The notes below the pieces were generated by a model that was not told where the DNA came from, ran no database searches, and was given only the letters and a program-made list of their open reading frames with translations. Below, piece after piece: positions 28,915 through 40,200 of a stretch of 64,000 bases of DNA; the first letter of the stretch is position 1, and each line of letters begins with the position of its first letter. Where the stretch lies: the NCBI GenBank assembly GCA_963666835.2, contig CAXXGO010000001.1, positions 1,120,001-1,184,000 on the forward strand, read 5' to 3'. This DNA comes from Phycisphaerae bacterium (GTDB lineage: Bacteria > Planctomycetota > Phycisphaerae > UBA1845). The translations under genes were made by a program, and so were the position numbers.

Positions 28915-29019
28915 TCAGGCTGTGGAGGGACCGCGACCGAGTCGGACGAGTGCGCTCGGTTTGTACCGCTGAAACGTGCAAAACAACGAGGGCGTCATTC
29001 TGAGGATCTTGCGAATCAT
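28915..29019 (-). pseudogene. Truncated N-terminal stub of the zinc-ribbon membrane protein family
   Basis: MIRKILR start overlaps the upstream stop (ATGA), then similarity is lost. Confidence 0.5.
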
Positions 29020-29462
29020 GGGGCGATCTCCGTCCCGCACTCCGAACACGTGCCCGACACGTTCCCGGTAAGATCGTAGCCGCACTCCGCACAGTGACCG
29101 GGGGGATACGGGCAATCGCGCCTCCACGCCAAGAACATTGGGACTCCGATTATCAGCAGGGGGATCCAGAGGGGAACACTGCACCTGTACAGGTTATGGC
29201 CGCTGTAGAGCCTCCTGGGCAACAAGAGGATCTTCGGCGAGGTGCACGCACCGAAGTGCCAGCCTATCGGGAGCACGCTGTCGAGTCCCCATGGACGGCC
29301 GTATTCGAACCCGACAGCTCCCAGGCCAACGACGGCATACCAACTGTGACTTCTGTAGCCGCAATACCACCACCGGCTTGCCACCATGGCCAGAAACAGA
29401 ACCACGCACGCCACCAGCCCCGCCCACCTCAGGAATTGCCGTTTCCGAGAGATCGTCCGCAT
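29016..29462 (-). CDS. Membrane protein with C-terminal zinc ribbon (array member 6)
   Basis: TM segments; CAECGYDLTGNVSGTCSECG. Confidence 0.85.
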   Translation of the reverse strand: MRTISRKRQFLRWAGLVACVVLFLAMVASRWWYCGYRSHSWYAVVGLGAVGFEYGRPWGLDSVLPIGWHFGACTSPKILLLPRRLYSGHNLYRCSVPLWIPLLIIGVPMFLAWRRDCPYPPGHCAECGYDLTGNVSGTCSECGTEIAP

Positions 29463-29485
29463 GGTGGTCATCCGGCAGCCTCATC

Positions 29486-30073
29486 CTACTCGGGATCGAT
29501 AGCGACACCGCATTCGGAACAGACCCCCGTAACGTTGCCGGTCAGATCATAACCACATCGTCCACATTGGCCCTCGCCTCCTCGTCTACCGCGTCGCCGA
29601 ACAAGGCCGCGCACCAGAACGTACCCTGGGTAGGCGAGGAGCGCAACATCCACCAGCCACAGCGGCAATGAACACGCCCCAGCTACAAACGGTTTCACTC
29701 CAGAGCCAAACGGCGCTACGCCACGCCACGACATCACTCTGATCCCCAAAAACCTCGTATCCCTGTTGTCTGGCCGGATAAGCCGGCCGGGACTGCTCGT
29801 TTCCCTCGTCGCCCACCGAGTAGACAACGTTCCGCGATATACACTCAAGCAGAGATTGTGATTCGCCTCTTCTCCGAAGTCGAGCCAGTTGACATGCCAG
29901 CCTACTCCGCAGGAATGCGCATCGGGCACATCAGAGTACGACAACGGGCAACGGCCGAGTTCCAGGTAATCTGGCGGCCACCTGGTGAAGCTGGTTACAA
30001 GGAAGATCGAGACGACCAACGCACTGGCCATGCAGAGCAAAATGACAAGGGTTCGTGCTCTTCGTTGCCACAT
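29486..30073 (-). CDS. Membrane protein with C-terminal zinc ribbon (array member 5)
   Basis: Two TM segments; CGRCGYDLTGNVTGVCSECG. Confidence 0.85.
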   Translation of the reverse strand: MWQRRARTLVILLCMASALVVSIFLVTSFTRWPPDYLELGRCPLSYSDVPDAHSCGVGWHVNWLDFGEEANHNLCLSVYRGTLSTRWATRETSSPGRLIRPDNRDTRFLGIRVMSWRGVAPFGSGVKPFVAGACSLPLWLVDVALLAYPGYVLVRGLVRRRGRRGGEGQCGRCGYDLTGNVTGVCSECGVAIDPE

Positions 30074-30180
30074 GTCTCCATCTCCGAGCCGGGCTGCCCC
30101 GAGGACTTCGCCACGTCACCCACAAGCCATGTTCACACATCGTTTTGACGCAATCTGCAATCACCTCCCGCCGAGCAATC

Positions 30181-30246
30181 CTATCCGGGTTCGACAAGCT
30201 CCGCCGCCCACTTCAGGAACCGCCGTTTCCGAGAGATGGTCCGCAT
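30181..30246 (-). pseudogene. Truncated copy of the member 6 N-terminus
   Basis: MRTISRKRRFLKWAAELVEPG* versus MRTISRKRQFLRWAGLV. Confidence 0.6.
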
Positions 30247-30251
30247 GGTGG

Positions 30252-30803
30252 TTATCCGGTGGCCTCAGCCTTCTTGGGATCGATCGCGACGCCGCACTCG
30301 GAGCAGGCGCCCGAGACGTTGCCGGTCAGATTGTAGCCGCAGGCGAGGCAGAGGCCACGCTTCCGGCGACGGTGACGACGAAGGGGGCCGCGGATGAACG
30401 TGATGGTGGGGTAGAGGGAAAGGAGCAACGCTAGGCCATACAAAGAAATGCACTGCCTTGTGGATGAGGTCCGGGGGTCGCCGTTGCCGCCAGCGTCGTA
30501 CTTAAAAGGCTTGTTGTACCGTGGGCGCGAATATCCGCGCATCTCCCCGGGTTCCGAGAGGCCGGAGAAACCTCCATGCGCTCCGATCAACACAAGGTCG
30601 AGCGCATCGGACGATGTCCAAACTCCAATACACAGCCAACCACTGCATACTTCAAACTCAATTGAGACGTTCCTCGTTGGACATGTGATAAGGCGGGCGC
30701 CAACCCGATAGGAGACGACGGCAGCGGTGACGGAAGACACAACCCCCACCGTCAACCCGACGATGACGGTCACGCGGAACACCCTGAGGACCTTGCGTAT
30801 CAC
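30252..30803 (-). CDS. Membrane protein with C-terminal zinc ribbon (array member 4)
   Basis: GTGA-coupled start; CLACGYNLTGNVSGACSECG. Confidence 0.85.
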   Translation of the reverse strand: MIRKVLRVFRVTVIVGLTVGVVSSVTAAVVSYRVGARLITCPTRNVSIEFEVCSGWLCIGVWTSSDALDLVLIGAHGGFSGLSEPGEMRGYSRPRYNKPFKYDAGGNGDPRTSSTRQCISLYGLALLLSLYPTITFIRGPLRRHRRRKRGLCLACGYNLTGNVSGACSECGVAIDPKKAEATG

Positions 30804-31177
30804 GGCGCGATCTCCGACCCGCATTCCGGGCAGATTCCGGATACGTTGCCGGTGAGGTTGTACCCGCACGTCAAGCAGTGAGTACTGTCGTCATCGATGG
30901 CAGCTTGTCGTAACCCGAAGTAGATTAGTTCGGCGGAAGCCAGCAGAACGACAATCGCGCATGCTGCCCCCAGCGCAAGGCTCAACAGCATCGGCAGCAG
31001 ACCTGACTCGACCAGCGTAAACGTGGCAAAGATAACCATGCCTTCAAGGAAAAGAACCACGGGGCAAAGGGAGATGAATATGGCGAAGCACACCCACAGC
31101 GGAAACCGCCAGCGCCCGCGCTTCTTGGCTCGAGCCAACTCCAGGTACCGTTGATAGAAAGACCGTTCCCGGCTCAT
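30800..31177 (-). CDS. Membrane protein with C-terminal zinc ribbon (array member 3)
   Basis: ATGA-coupled start; two TM; CLTCGYNLTGNVSGICPECG. Confidence 0.85.
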   Translation of the reverse strand: MSRERSFYQRYLELARAKKRGRWRFPLWVCFAIFISLCPVVLFLEGMVIFATFTLVESGLLPMLLSLALGAACAIVVLLASAELIYFGLRQAAIDDDSTHCLTCGYNLTGNVSGICPECGSEIAP

Positions 31178-31731
31178 ACGGCGTCCCCACACTCCGGACA
31201 CACTCCCGATACGTTCCCTTCCAGGTTATACCCGCACGTCAGGCACAAGCCGCGCTTTCTACGACGCCACCTGCGAACCGGACCACGCACGAAGGCAAAC
31301 CCCGGATACGCCGCCAGGACAACAGGAACGAACCAATTTGGCACGTCAATCTCCCAGAACACGCATCGTGGCAAACCACGTCCACCAGAGTTACCACTCG
31401 TCCATCCGTAGTCTCCGAGGCCGATCCTCCTGCGTTTCACACGTCTCTGACCCTCTGCCAGGCTTACGAAAGACACAGCACTCCGATCCGGATTCACGTC
31501 AAGAACCAGCCTGTATTCCCACGACACATACTCTTCATCGCGGAACCGCCGCTCAGCGCCAAAACCCAGCGAGATCATGCTACCCCAGCCCGGCGCCCGG
31601 GCGACATCAAGCCTCTGATTCTCAGAACGCCAGATAGACGCCGGTTCCCCCGGGTAGGCCAGAAGCACCCACGCAACGACAGACCCAACGGCCCCGAACG
31701 CACAGCCGTAGAGCAGGATCTTGCGAATCAC
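31174..31731 (-). CDS. Membrane protein with C-terminal zinc ribbon (array member 2)
   Basis: GTGA-coupled start; CLTCGYNLEGNVSGVCPECG. Confidence 0.85.
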   Translation of the reverse strand: MIRKILLYGCAFGAVGSVVAWVLLAYPGEPASIWRSENQRLDVARAPGWGSMISLGFGAERRFRDEEYVSWEYRLVLDVNPDRSAVSFVSLAEGQRRVKRRRIGLGDYGWTSGNSGGRGLPRCVFWEIDVPNWFVPVVLAAYPGFAFVRGPVRRWRRRKRGLCLTCGYNLEGNVSGVCPECGDAV

Positions 31732-32018
31732 GGTGGCGCCGCCTCCATCCCGCATTCCGAACATCGTCCGCCTACGTTGCCAGTCAAGTCGTAACCGCAG
31801 GCGAGGCATAGCCCACGGTGAGAGCGGCGCCACCGCCGATACCATCCGCGGATGAAGGCGAGCGTTCGGCGCAACGCCGATACGCGGAACAGAAAGCAGC
31901 TTGGGACGCAGATGCTCGGGGTCGCACGCGCCACGCGTTGCCCCGAAGAGAAAACGATCCTGAGAATCAGAATCCTGCCTGTCCTCACCGAGCGATTGGC
32001 GCGCGGGTCCGCGCTCAT
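31728..32018 (-). CDS. Short, possibly degenerate zinc-ribbon family protein (array member 1)
   Basis: ATG overlaps the nitroreductase stop; CLACGYDLTGNVGGRCSECG; lacks a clear N-terminal TM. Confidence 0.6.
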   Translation of the reverse strand: MSADPRANRSVRTGRILILRIVFSSGQRVARATPSICVPSCFLFRVSALRRTLAFIRGWYRRWRRSHRGLCLACGYDLTGNVGGRCSECGMEAAPP

Positions 32019-32620
32019 TTGAAACGATCCCAAACAACGACCTCTTCCAAGGGCAATTGCCCGGGCTTCGGCCAGGCGGGCTTTGTGGCTTTGCCAACGG
32101 CGATCAGGTTGCCGATTACGTGGTCGTCGGGCATGCCGATCAACTCGGCGACTTTGTCCGGGTCAAAGCCGATCATTGGGCAGGAGTCGTAGCCCATCGC
32201 CTTGGCCGCGAGCATGATGGTCTGCGACGCGATGCCAATTGACCGCATCACCTCATCCCGCTGGAGCCATTCGCGGCCCTCGTGAAACGGCCCCATCCAG
32301 CCCACTATCATCTTCGCCACATCCGGCGGCGCATCGCGCCAATAGCGCTGCGGGTCCTTCTTCCAGGCCTGCACGTAGCCGGTCATCACGATCAACACGG
32401 ACGCGTCGGTGATTTGCGCCTGGTCGTTTCCTGCTTTGCGGATCTGCTGTCGCAGCGTTTTGTCACGCACGACTACGAACCGCCAATGTTGGATATTGAA
32501 ACTCGTCGGGGATTGCACGGCGGCCTCGAGTAGCTTCTGAAGGTCCTGCTCAGGCATACTATGTTCGGGGTCGAAGTGCTTTACGGAACGACGCTTGTAG
32601 ATGGCCTCGAATGTGTCCAC
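32015..32620 (-). CDS. Nitroreductase family protein
   Basis: RRSVKHFD, SPTSFNIQHWRF, SCPMIGFD; GAGGAG RBS before GTG. Confidence 0.93.
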   Translation of the reverse strand: MDTFEAIYKRRSVKHFDPEHSMPEQDLQKLLEAAVQSPTSFNIQHWRFVVVRDKTLRQQIRKAGNDQAQITDASVLIVMTGYVQAWKKDPQRYWRDAPPDVAKMIVGWMGPFHEGREWLQRDEVMRSIGIASQTIMLAAKAMGYDSCPMIGFDPDKVAELIGMPDDHVIGNLIAVGKATKPAWPKPGQLPLEEVVVWDRFK

Positions 32621-32772
32621 TCTCTGGAACTCCTCTGTTCGTGTTGCGAATGTTGCAGTTGCCTCTACCCGGGTTCGCAGTGGATGATAGCCATCCGACC
32701 GTAAGCCGACCACCGTGGTCCGGCCCGTCCTCTTGAGCCGTAAAGCCAGTTGGGGACTATGCTTATGATTAC

Positions 32773-32846
32773 TCGGGGCGACTGGATTCGAACCAGCGGC
32801 CTCCTGCTCCCAAAGCAGGCGCGCTACCAGGCTGCGCTACGCCCCG
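32773..32846 (-). tRNA. tRNA-Pro (TGG), CCA not encoded
   Basis: CGGGGCGTAGCGCAGCCTGGTAGCGCG-CCTGC-TTTGGGA-GCAGG...GGTTCGAATCC...CGCCCCGA cloverleaf. Confidence 0.97.
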
Positions 32847-34238
32847 TGCCCTCGCATTGCGGGGGGCGGTGTCGAGTCGTTTGTCGAGGTGCCGACGCTC
32901 GACCCGAGGTGATCCGACCCACGAAAGTCGGGCCTTTCACCGATGCTGGCCATTCTATTGGCGGGAGGCCGCGGATACAACGAGTCGGCTCGGATTGTCT
33001 GACGCCGGGAGGGCGTCTCGTGGGCGCCGGTGGGGCTATCGACGCGGGCCGGTCGTGGGGAGAGGACGCTGTGTCGTGGTCGATTGGGCTGGAGGGGGCA
33101 CCTGGGTCACAGCGGCAGATGATTCCGCACCCGCCCGCCGTCGGCACGGTCGGAGTTCGAGCGTCTGCCGGGCAGTTTGTCCGCAGCGGTTGGGCGTGCG
33201 GATCGGGTGGGCTTCTTGCGTTGTTATCGGGCTGTGATGAACCTCGTTTTGCTGGTGGATCGCAGTTCCGCCATTGGTGCCTCGTGATCCGTGAAGGTCC
33301 GGGTTCAATCCACACTGTGCTCCGTCCCGGCGCTGCTCCATAAGCAGCGGCATGAGAAGCTGGATATTTCCCTCTGGGAGCGGTGCTCCAGCGCGGAATC
33401 TGTGCCTCGTGCCCTATAAGGCAAGAGGAGGAAGATACGAGGTGCGCGATCGATGGGCGTCAGGGCCGTCCCGCACCCGATAAGCGCGAGCAGCGCACAC
33501 TGGAACCGAGCGGCCCCTTTGACTATACTACTTAACCGTAGGAACGGGCTGAGAACCGGTGCGCCAATCAGGATGAGGACGGTGATCCGTTGTTTTCAAG
33601 CGGACGCCGGTGGTTGGTTAAGCCGTTTGCACATTCGGGGCATGGGAAGGGCGAGGCCGCGTGGCTACAGAGACGGTTTCCGAGAATGCTCGGGTCCGTG
33701 CCGGCCGGCGGGTACTATCGGAGGAGGAAGTGGCTTCTGCGCGTATGCCGACGCTAGGTGCGGGGTGTTATTCTCCGCGCGCCGGCCGCCGGCTGCTGAG
33801 AGTCGAACCAGGGGCACACTCTTCTCTCGTAATTGGTCTGCTTGGCGGGCTCATTGCCGGAGGGGTGGGGGTGCGTCCATTGCCGCAGCCGTTGGCCGCG
33901 GTGAGTAACGGGCGGTTTCAGCTCAGTTGTCAGTGTGGCACAACCACTTCTCGGGTCTTCGTGGCCGCTAGTACCCGGACGGAATCCACAGAGCGGATGT
34001 TGCGGCACGGAGTGTCTGACGTGCGTCACCAATTGCTGTGGCGGGACTGAGGAGTAGCGCGGGCGAGCGTAGGAACACGGACTTGGCGGGGTTCTTGAGG
34101 GCGAGAGCTCGAAACGTGTCGCTTCGAACCGCGTCGAGCATCACGACAGGGGATATGGAAAGCCCGGGATGGTTGCCTTCGGAGGGTTGAAACGGCTTGA
34201 TAAAGGCGGCCACCATCGAAGATTGAAAAGGGGAGAGG

Positions 34239-37200
34239 ATGATGAGCTTCAACAGGTACTTTCCGATAGCAGTGTTCTTGTTGTTCGCAGGCACGTTCAC
34301 CGCGGCAGCCAATGCCTGCACCGTAGACGCCGATTGCGATGACTCGAACCCGTGTACGGTTGACACGTGCAACGTTGATGTGTGCGAGTACACCAACGCT
34401 GACTCGTCGACGCTGTGCCGAGACGCGGTCGGGTTATGCGACGTGGCCGAGTACTGCACGGGGAGTTCGCCCGATTGCCCCGCGGATGGCGTTGAGACTA
34501 TCGGCACCGAGTGCCGCGCCGCAGTTGATGACTGCGACGTTGCCGAAGTGTGCGACGGCTTGTCGACCGCTTGTCCTACGGATAGCGTAGCGGCCAGTGG
34601 TACGGAGTGCCGGGCTGCGGCCGGTGATTGCGATATCGCGGAAACTTGCGACGGGGTATCGACGGCCTGTCCGACGGATTCGTTTGAGTCTTCCGGCACG
34701 GTGTGCCGTGCTGCGGTCGATGACTGCGACGTTGCTGAGACCTGTGACGGCGTTTCCGCTGCGTGTCCTACGGATGAGGTGGCGACCAGCGGTACGGAAT
34801 GTCGGGCTTCGGCGGGTGATTGCGATATTGCGGAGACTTGTGACGGGGTGTCGACGGCCTGTCCGACGGATTCGTTTGAGTCTTCAGGTACCGTGTGTCG
34901 TGCGGCGGTCGATGACTGCGACGTTGCCGAGACCTGCGACGGCGTTTCCGCTGCATGTCCTACGGATGAGGTGGCGACCAGTGGCACGGAATGTCGGGCT
35001 TCGGCGGGTGATTGCGATATCGCGGAGACTTGCGACGGCGTATCGACGGCATGTCCGACGGATTCGTTTGAGTCTTCCGGCACGGTGTGCCGTGCGGCGG
35101 TCGATGACTGCGACGTTGCCGAGACGTGCGATGGTGTTTCCGCTGCATGTCCTACGGATGAGGTGGCGACCAGTGGCACGGAATGTCGGGCTTCGGCGGG
35201 TGATTGCGATATCGCGGAGACTTGCGACGGCGTATCGACGGCATGTCCGACGGATTCGTTTGAGTCTTCCGGCACGGTGTGCCGTGCGGCGGTCGATGAC
35301 TGCGACGTTGCCGAGACGTGCGATGGTGTTTCCGCTGCATGTCCTACGGACGATGTAGCGGCCAGTGGCACGGAATGTCGGGCTTCGGCGGGTGATTGCG
35401 ATGTCGCGGAGACTTGCGACGGGGTGTCGACGGCATGTCCGACGGATTCGTTTGAGTCTTCCGGCACGGTGTGCCGTGCGGCGGTCGATGATTGCGACGT
35501 TGCTGAGACCTGTGACGGCGTTTCCGCCGCTTGTCCTACGGATGAGGTGGCGACCAGCGGTACGGAATGTCGGGCTTCGGCGGGTGATTGCGATATTGCG
35601 GAGACTTGTGACGGGGTGTCGACGGCCTGTCCGACGGATTCGTTTGAGTCTTCAGGTACCGTGTGTCGTGCGGCGGTCGATGACTGCGACGTTGCCGAGA
35701 CCTGCGACGGCGTATCGGCCGCTTGTCCTACGGACGATGTGGCGGCCAGTGGTACGGAATGTCGAGCCTCGGCGGGTGATTGCGATATCGCGGAGACTTG
35801 CGACGGGGTGTCGACTGCCTGTCCGACGGATTCGTTTGAGTCTTCCGGCACGGTGTGCCGCGCTGCGGTCGATGACTGCGACGTTGCCGAGACCTGTGAC
35901 GGTGTATCGGCTGCATGTCCTACGGACGATGTAGCGGCCAGTGGTACGGAATGTCGAGCCTCGGCGGGTGATTGCGATATCGCGGAGACTTGCGACGGGG
36001 TATCGACTGCCTGTCCGACGGATTCGTTTGAATCTTCCGGCACGGTGTGCCGCGCAGCGGTTGATGATTGCGACGTTGCCGAGACGTGCGATGGTGTTTC
36101 CGCCGCATGTCCTACGGACGATGTAGCGGCCAGTGGTACGGAATGTCGAGCCTCGGCGGGTGATTGCGATATCGCGGAGACTTGCGACGGGGTGTCGACT
36201 GCCTGTCCGACGGATTCGTTTGAGTCTTCCGGGACGGTGTGCCGCGCCGCGGTTGATGATTGCGATGTTGCCGAAACGTGCGACGGTGTTTCCGCTGCTT
36301 GTCCTACGGACGATGTAGCGACCAGCGGTACGGAATGCCGGGCCTCGGCAGGTGATTGCGATGTCGCGGAGACTTGCGACGGGGTGTCGACTGCCTGTCC
36401 GACGGATTCGTTTGAGTCTTCCGGGACGGTGTGCCGCGCCGCGGTTGATGATTGCGATGTTGCCGAAACGTGCGACGGTGTTTCCGCTGCTTGTCCTACG
36501 GACGATGTAGCGACCAGCGGTACGGAATGCCGGGCCTCGGCAGGTGATTGCGATGTCGCGGAGACTTGCGACGGGGTGTCGACTGCCTGTCCGACGGATT
36601 CGTTTGAGTCTTCCGGGACGGTGTGCCGTGCTGCGGTCGATGACTGCGACGTTGCGGAGACTTGTGACGGCGTATCGGCCGCTTGTCCTACGGATGAGGT
36701 GGCGACCAGCGGGACGGAATGTCGGGCTTCGACGGGGGATTGTGACGCGGCCGAAGTGTGCGATGGTGTTTCGACGTCTTGCCCGACTGATGGCAACGAG
36801 CCGGACGGGACTGCCTGCACGGATGACGGTAACCCCTGCACGGACGATGAGTGTGACAGCGGGGTATGCACCCATCCGAATAACACGGACGACTGCAACG
36901 ATGGAGATCCATGTACCGAGAATGATGTGTGCTCCGGCGGTGTTTGTTCGGGAACGACGATCCCGGGTTGCCAGTCTTGTGAAGATGACGGTGATTGCGA
37001 CGATGGCAACGATTGCACGGACAACGTGTGCGACGTTGATGTATGCACCTATCCGAACTTGGCATCCGGTACGGCGTGTGGTGATACCAGTTCCTCAGAT
37101 TGCGACGATCCGGACACATGTGACGGGAACGGAGTGTGTCTGGCGAACTACAAAACTGCCGACACGGTTTGCCGGAGTAGTGCCGGCGATTGTGATGTCG

Positions 37201-40200
37201 TGGAGTATTGTACCGGGTCGGGGCCGGATTGCCCGGCGGACGACTACGTCACGTCCGGCACGGTGTGTCGTGCACCGGCCGGCGATTGCGACGTGGCGGA
37301 AGAGTGTGACGGCCTGTCGGCCGTGTGTCCGGCCGACGATGTGCAGGCGAGCGGGACGGAATGTCGGGCGGCGGTCGGCTTGTGCGACGTAGCCGAGGTC
37401 TGCGACGGTCTTTCGACGGATTGCCCCGCCGATGACGTAGAGGCTTACGGCACGGAATGTCGGGCGGCGGTCGGTCTGTGTGACGTAGCCGAGGTTTGTG
37501 ACGGTTCTTCGACGGATTGCCCGGTGGATGATGTTGCCGCCAGCGGTACGGAATGTCGGGCGGCGGTGGACGTGTGCGACGTAGCCGAGGTTTGTGACGG
37601 TTCTTCGACGACCTGTCCGGTGGATGATGTTGCCGCTAGCGGGACGGAATGTCGGGCGGTGGCCGGTCTGTGTGACGTGGCTGAGGTTTGCGACGGTTCT
37701 TCGACGGCTTGTCCGGTGGATGAGGTGGCTGCTTCCGGAGTTGAATGTCGAGCTGCTGCAGGTGATTGTGACCTGGCCGAAGTTTGCGATGGATCTTCAG
37801 CAACGTGTCCCACGGACGAAGTAGAGGCGTCCGGTACGGAATGTCGGGCGGCGGTGGATGTTTGTGACGTGGCTGAGGTCTGCGACGGTTCTTCGCCGGA
37901 GTGTCCTACGGATGAGGTGGAGCCGTACGGCACGGAATGTCGGGCTGTGGCGGATGATTGTGATGTGGCCGAGGTGTGTGACGGATCTTCCACGGCCTGT
38001 CCGGATGACGCTAGCGAGCCGGACGGAACGGCCTGCACGGACGACGGCAATGTCTGTACGGATGATGAGTGTGAAAGTGGGGTATGTATCCATCCGAACA
38101 ACACTGATACATGCGACGACGGAGATCCGTGTACTGAAGATGATGTGTGTTCCGAGGGGGTCTGCGCGGGGACGGTTATCCCCGGCTGCCAGGCATGCGA
38201 GGAGGATAGTGAGTGCGACGACGGCAATGATTGTACGGACAACGTCTGTGATAACGATGTTTGTACTTATCCGAATCTGGCAGCCGGGACGGCTTGTGGT
38301 GATTCCTCAGATACGGATTGCGATAACCCGGACACCTGTGACGGGGCCGGCGTGTGCCTCGTGAACTACGAGTCGGCGGGGGTGCTCTGCCGTCCGGCGG
38401 CTGCCGGGAGCTGTGATATTGCGGAGCTTTGCACCGGCACTTCTCCGGATTGCCCGGCGGATGAGTACGCCGAGGCCGGTACGGAATGTCGAGCTGCGGT
38501 CGGCGTTTGCGACGTTGCCGAGATATGCACCGGGTCCTCGTCCTCTTGCCCTGCTGACGCGGTCGCCGCCAACGGCACGGAGTGCCGCGCCGCGGCCGGT
38601 GACTGCGATGTTGCCGAAGTCTGCGACGGCGTAACGGTGGACTGCCCTTCGGATTCGCTGGTATCTGCGGGAACGGAGTGCCGCGCGTCTGCGGGAATCT
38701 GTGATATTGCGGAGGAATGCGACGGGGTATCCGTGGAATGTCCCGAAGATGTTCTGGTGGCAAGCGGGACTCAGTGCCGGGCCGCCAGTGGAGAATGCGA
38801 CGTTGCGGAGGCGTGCGACGGCTTGTTGCCGGATTGTCCGGCGAACGAGTACATGGCGGCGGACAGCCCCTGCGGCGATTCGACTGATGACGATTGTACC
38901 GATCCGGATACTTGTGACGGGGCCGGGACCTGTCTCGATAATCATGTGGCTTCCGGCGTCGGTTGTACGGACGACGGTAACGAATGCACGGATGATACGT
39001 GCGATGGCGCGGGAACGTGTGTACACCCGGATCTGGCGGAGGGTACGGTGTGTGGTGATCCGACCGATGACGACTGCACTAACGCGGATACCTGCGATGG
39101 TGCCGGCGTGTGTTTGGCGAATCACGAAGCGTCCGGCGTTGCCTGTACGGATGACGGTAATGATTGTACGGACGACACGTGCGATGGCGCGGGAACGTGT
39201 GTACATCCGGATCTGGCGGAGGGTACGGCCTGCGGTGATCCGACTGATGACGACTGCACCAACGCGGATACCTGCGATGGTGCCGGCGTGTGCTTGTCGA
39301 ATCACGAGGCGTCCGGCGTTGCCTGTACGGATGACGGCAACGATTGTACGGGCGACACGTGCGATGGCGCGGGAACGTGTGTCCATCCGGCTCTGGCTGA
39401 GGGTACGGCCTGCGGCGATCCGACTGATGACGACTGCACCAACGCGGATACCTGCGATGGCGCCGGTGTGTGCTTGGCGAATCACGAAGCGTCCGGCTTT
39501 GCCTGTACGGATGACGGCAACGAGTGTACGGGCGACACTTGCGACGGTGCGGGAACTTGCGCGCATCCGAATCTGGCGGAGGGTGCGGCCTGCGGCGATC
39601 CGACTGATGACGACTGCACCAACGCGGATACCTGCGATGGCTCGGGAGTGTGTCTGGATAATCACGAGGCTGCCGGATTTGGTTGCACGGATGACGGGAA
39701 CGATTGCACCGGCGACGCCTGCAATGGCTTGGGGGTATGTGAGCATCCTAATTTCGCGGCGGGCACCGGATGTGGTGATCCGACTGACGATGACTGTACC
39801 AACCCCGACACGTGCAATGGAAGTGGGGTGTGCTTATCGAATCACGAAGCGTCCGGCTTCGCCTGTACGGATGACGGCAATGCATGCACGCGCGATGTCT
39901 GCAACGGGTCGGGAGTCTGCGGGCACACGAACCAGCCCGCAGGTGCTCCTTGCGGCGATTCGACTGACACGGTTTGCGATAATCCGGACACCTGCGATGG
40001 TGCGGGGGTTTGTCTTTCGAACTATGAACCAAGTACGATCGTGTGTCGCGCTTCGACGGACGTGTGTGATCCGGAAGAGACCTGCACCGGTAGCTCAGCG
40101 GAATGTCCCGCGGATTCGTTGCTCCCGGATGGCACGGTTTGCACGGACGACGGAGACGATTGCACGGACGACGAGTGCGATAGTGGGTTATGTCTGCATG

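Noticed and set aside
28915..32018. Diversity-generating retroelement or integron as the source of array variation
   Set aside because: No reverse transcriptase, TR/VR pair, integrase or attC-like sites seen in the window.
32773..32800. tRNA-Pro as a genomic island attachment site
   Set aside because: No duplicate of the tRNA 3' end and no integrase found in the window.
33968..37048. 1026-aa antisense ORF and other long ORFs overlapping the giant gene
   Set aside because: Shadow frames of the repetitive Cys/Asp codon pattern; they mirror the sense repeat.
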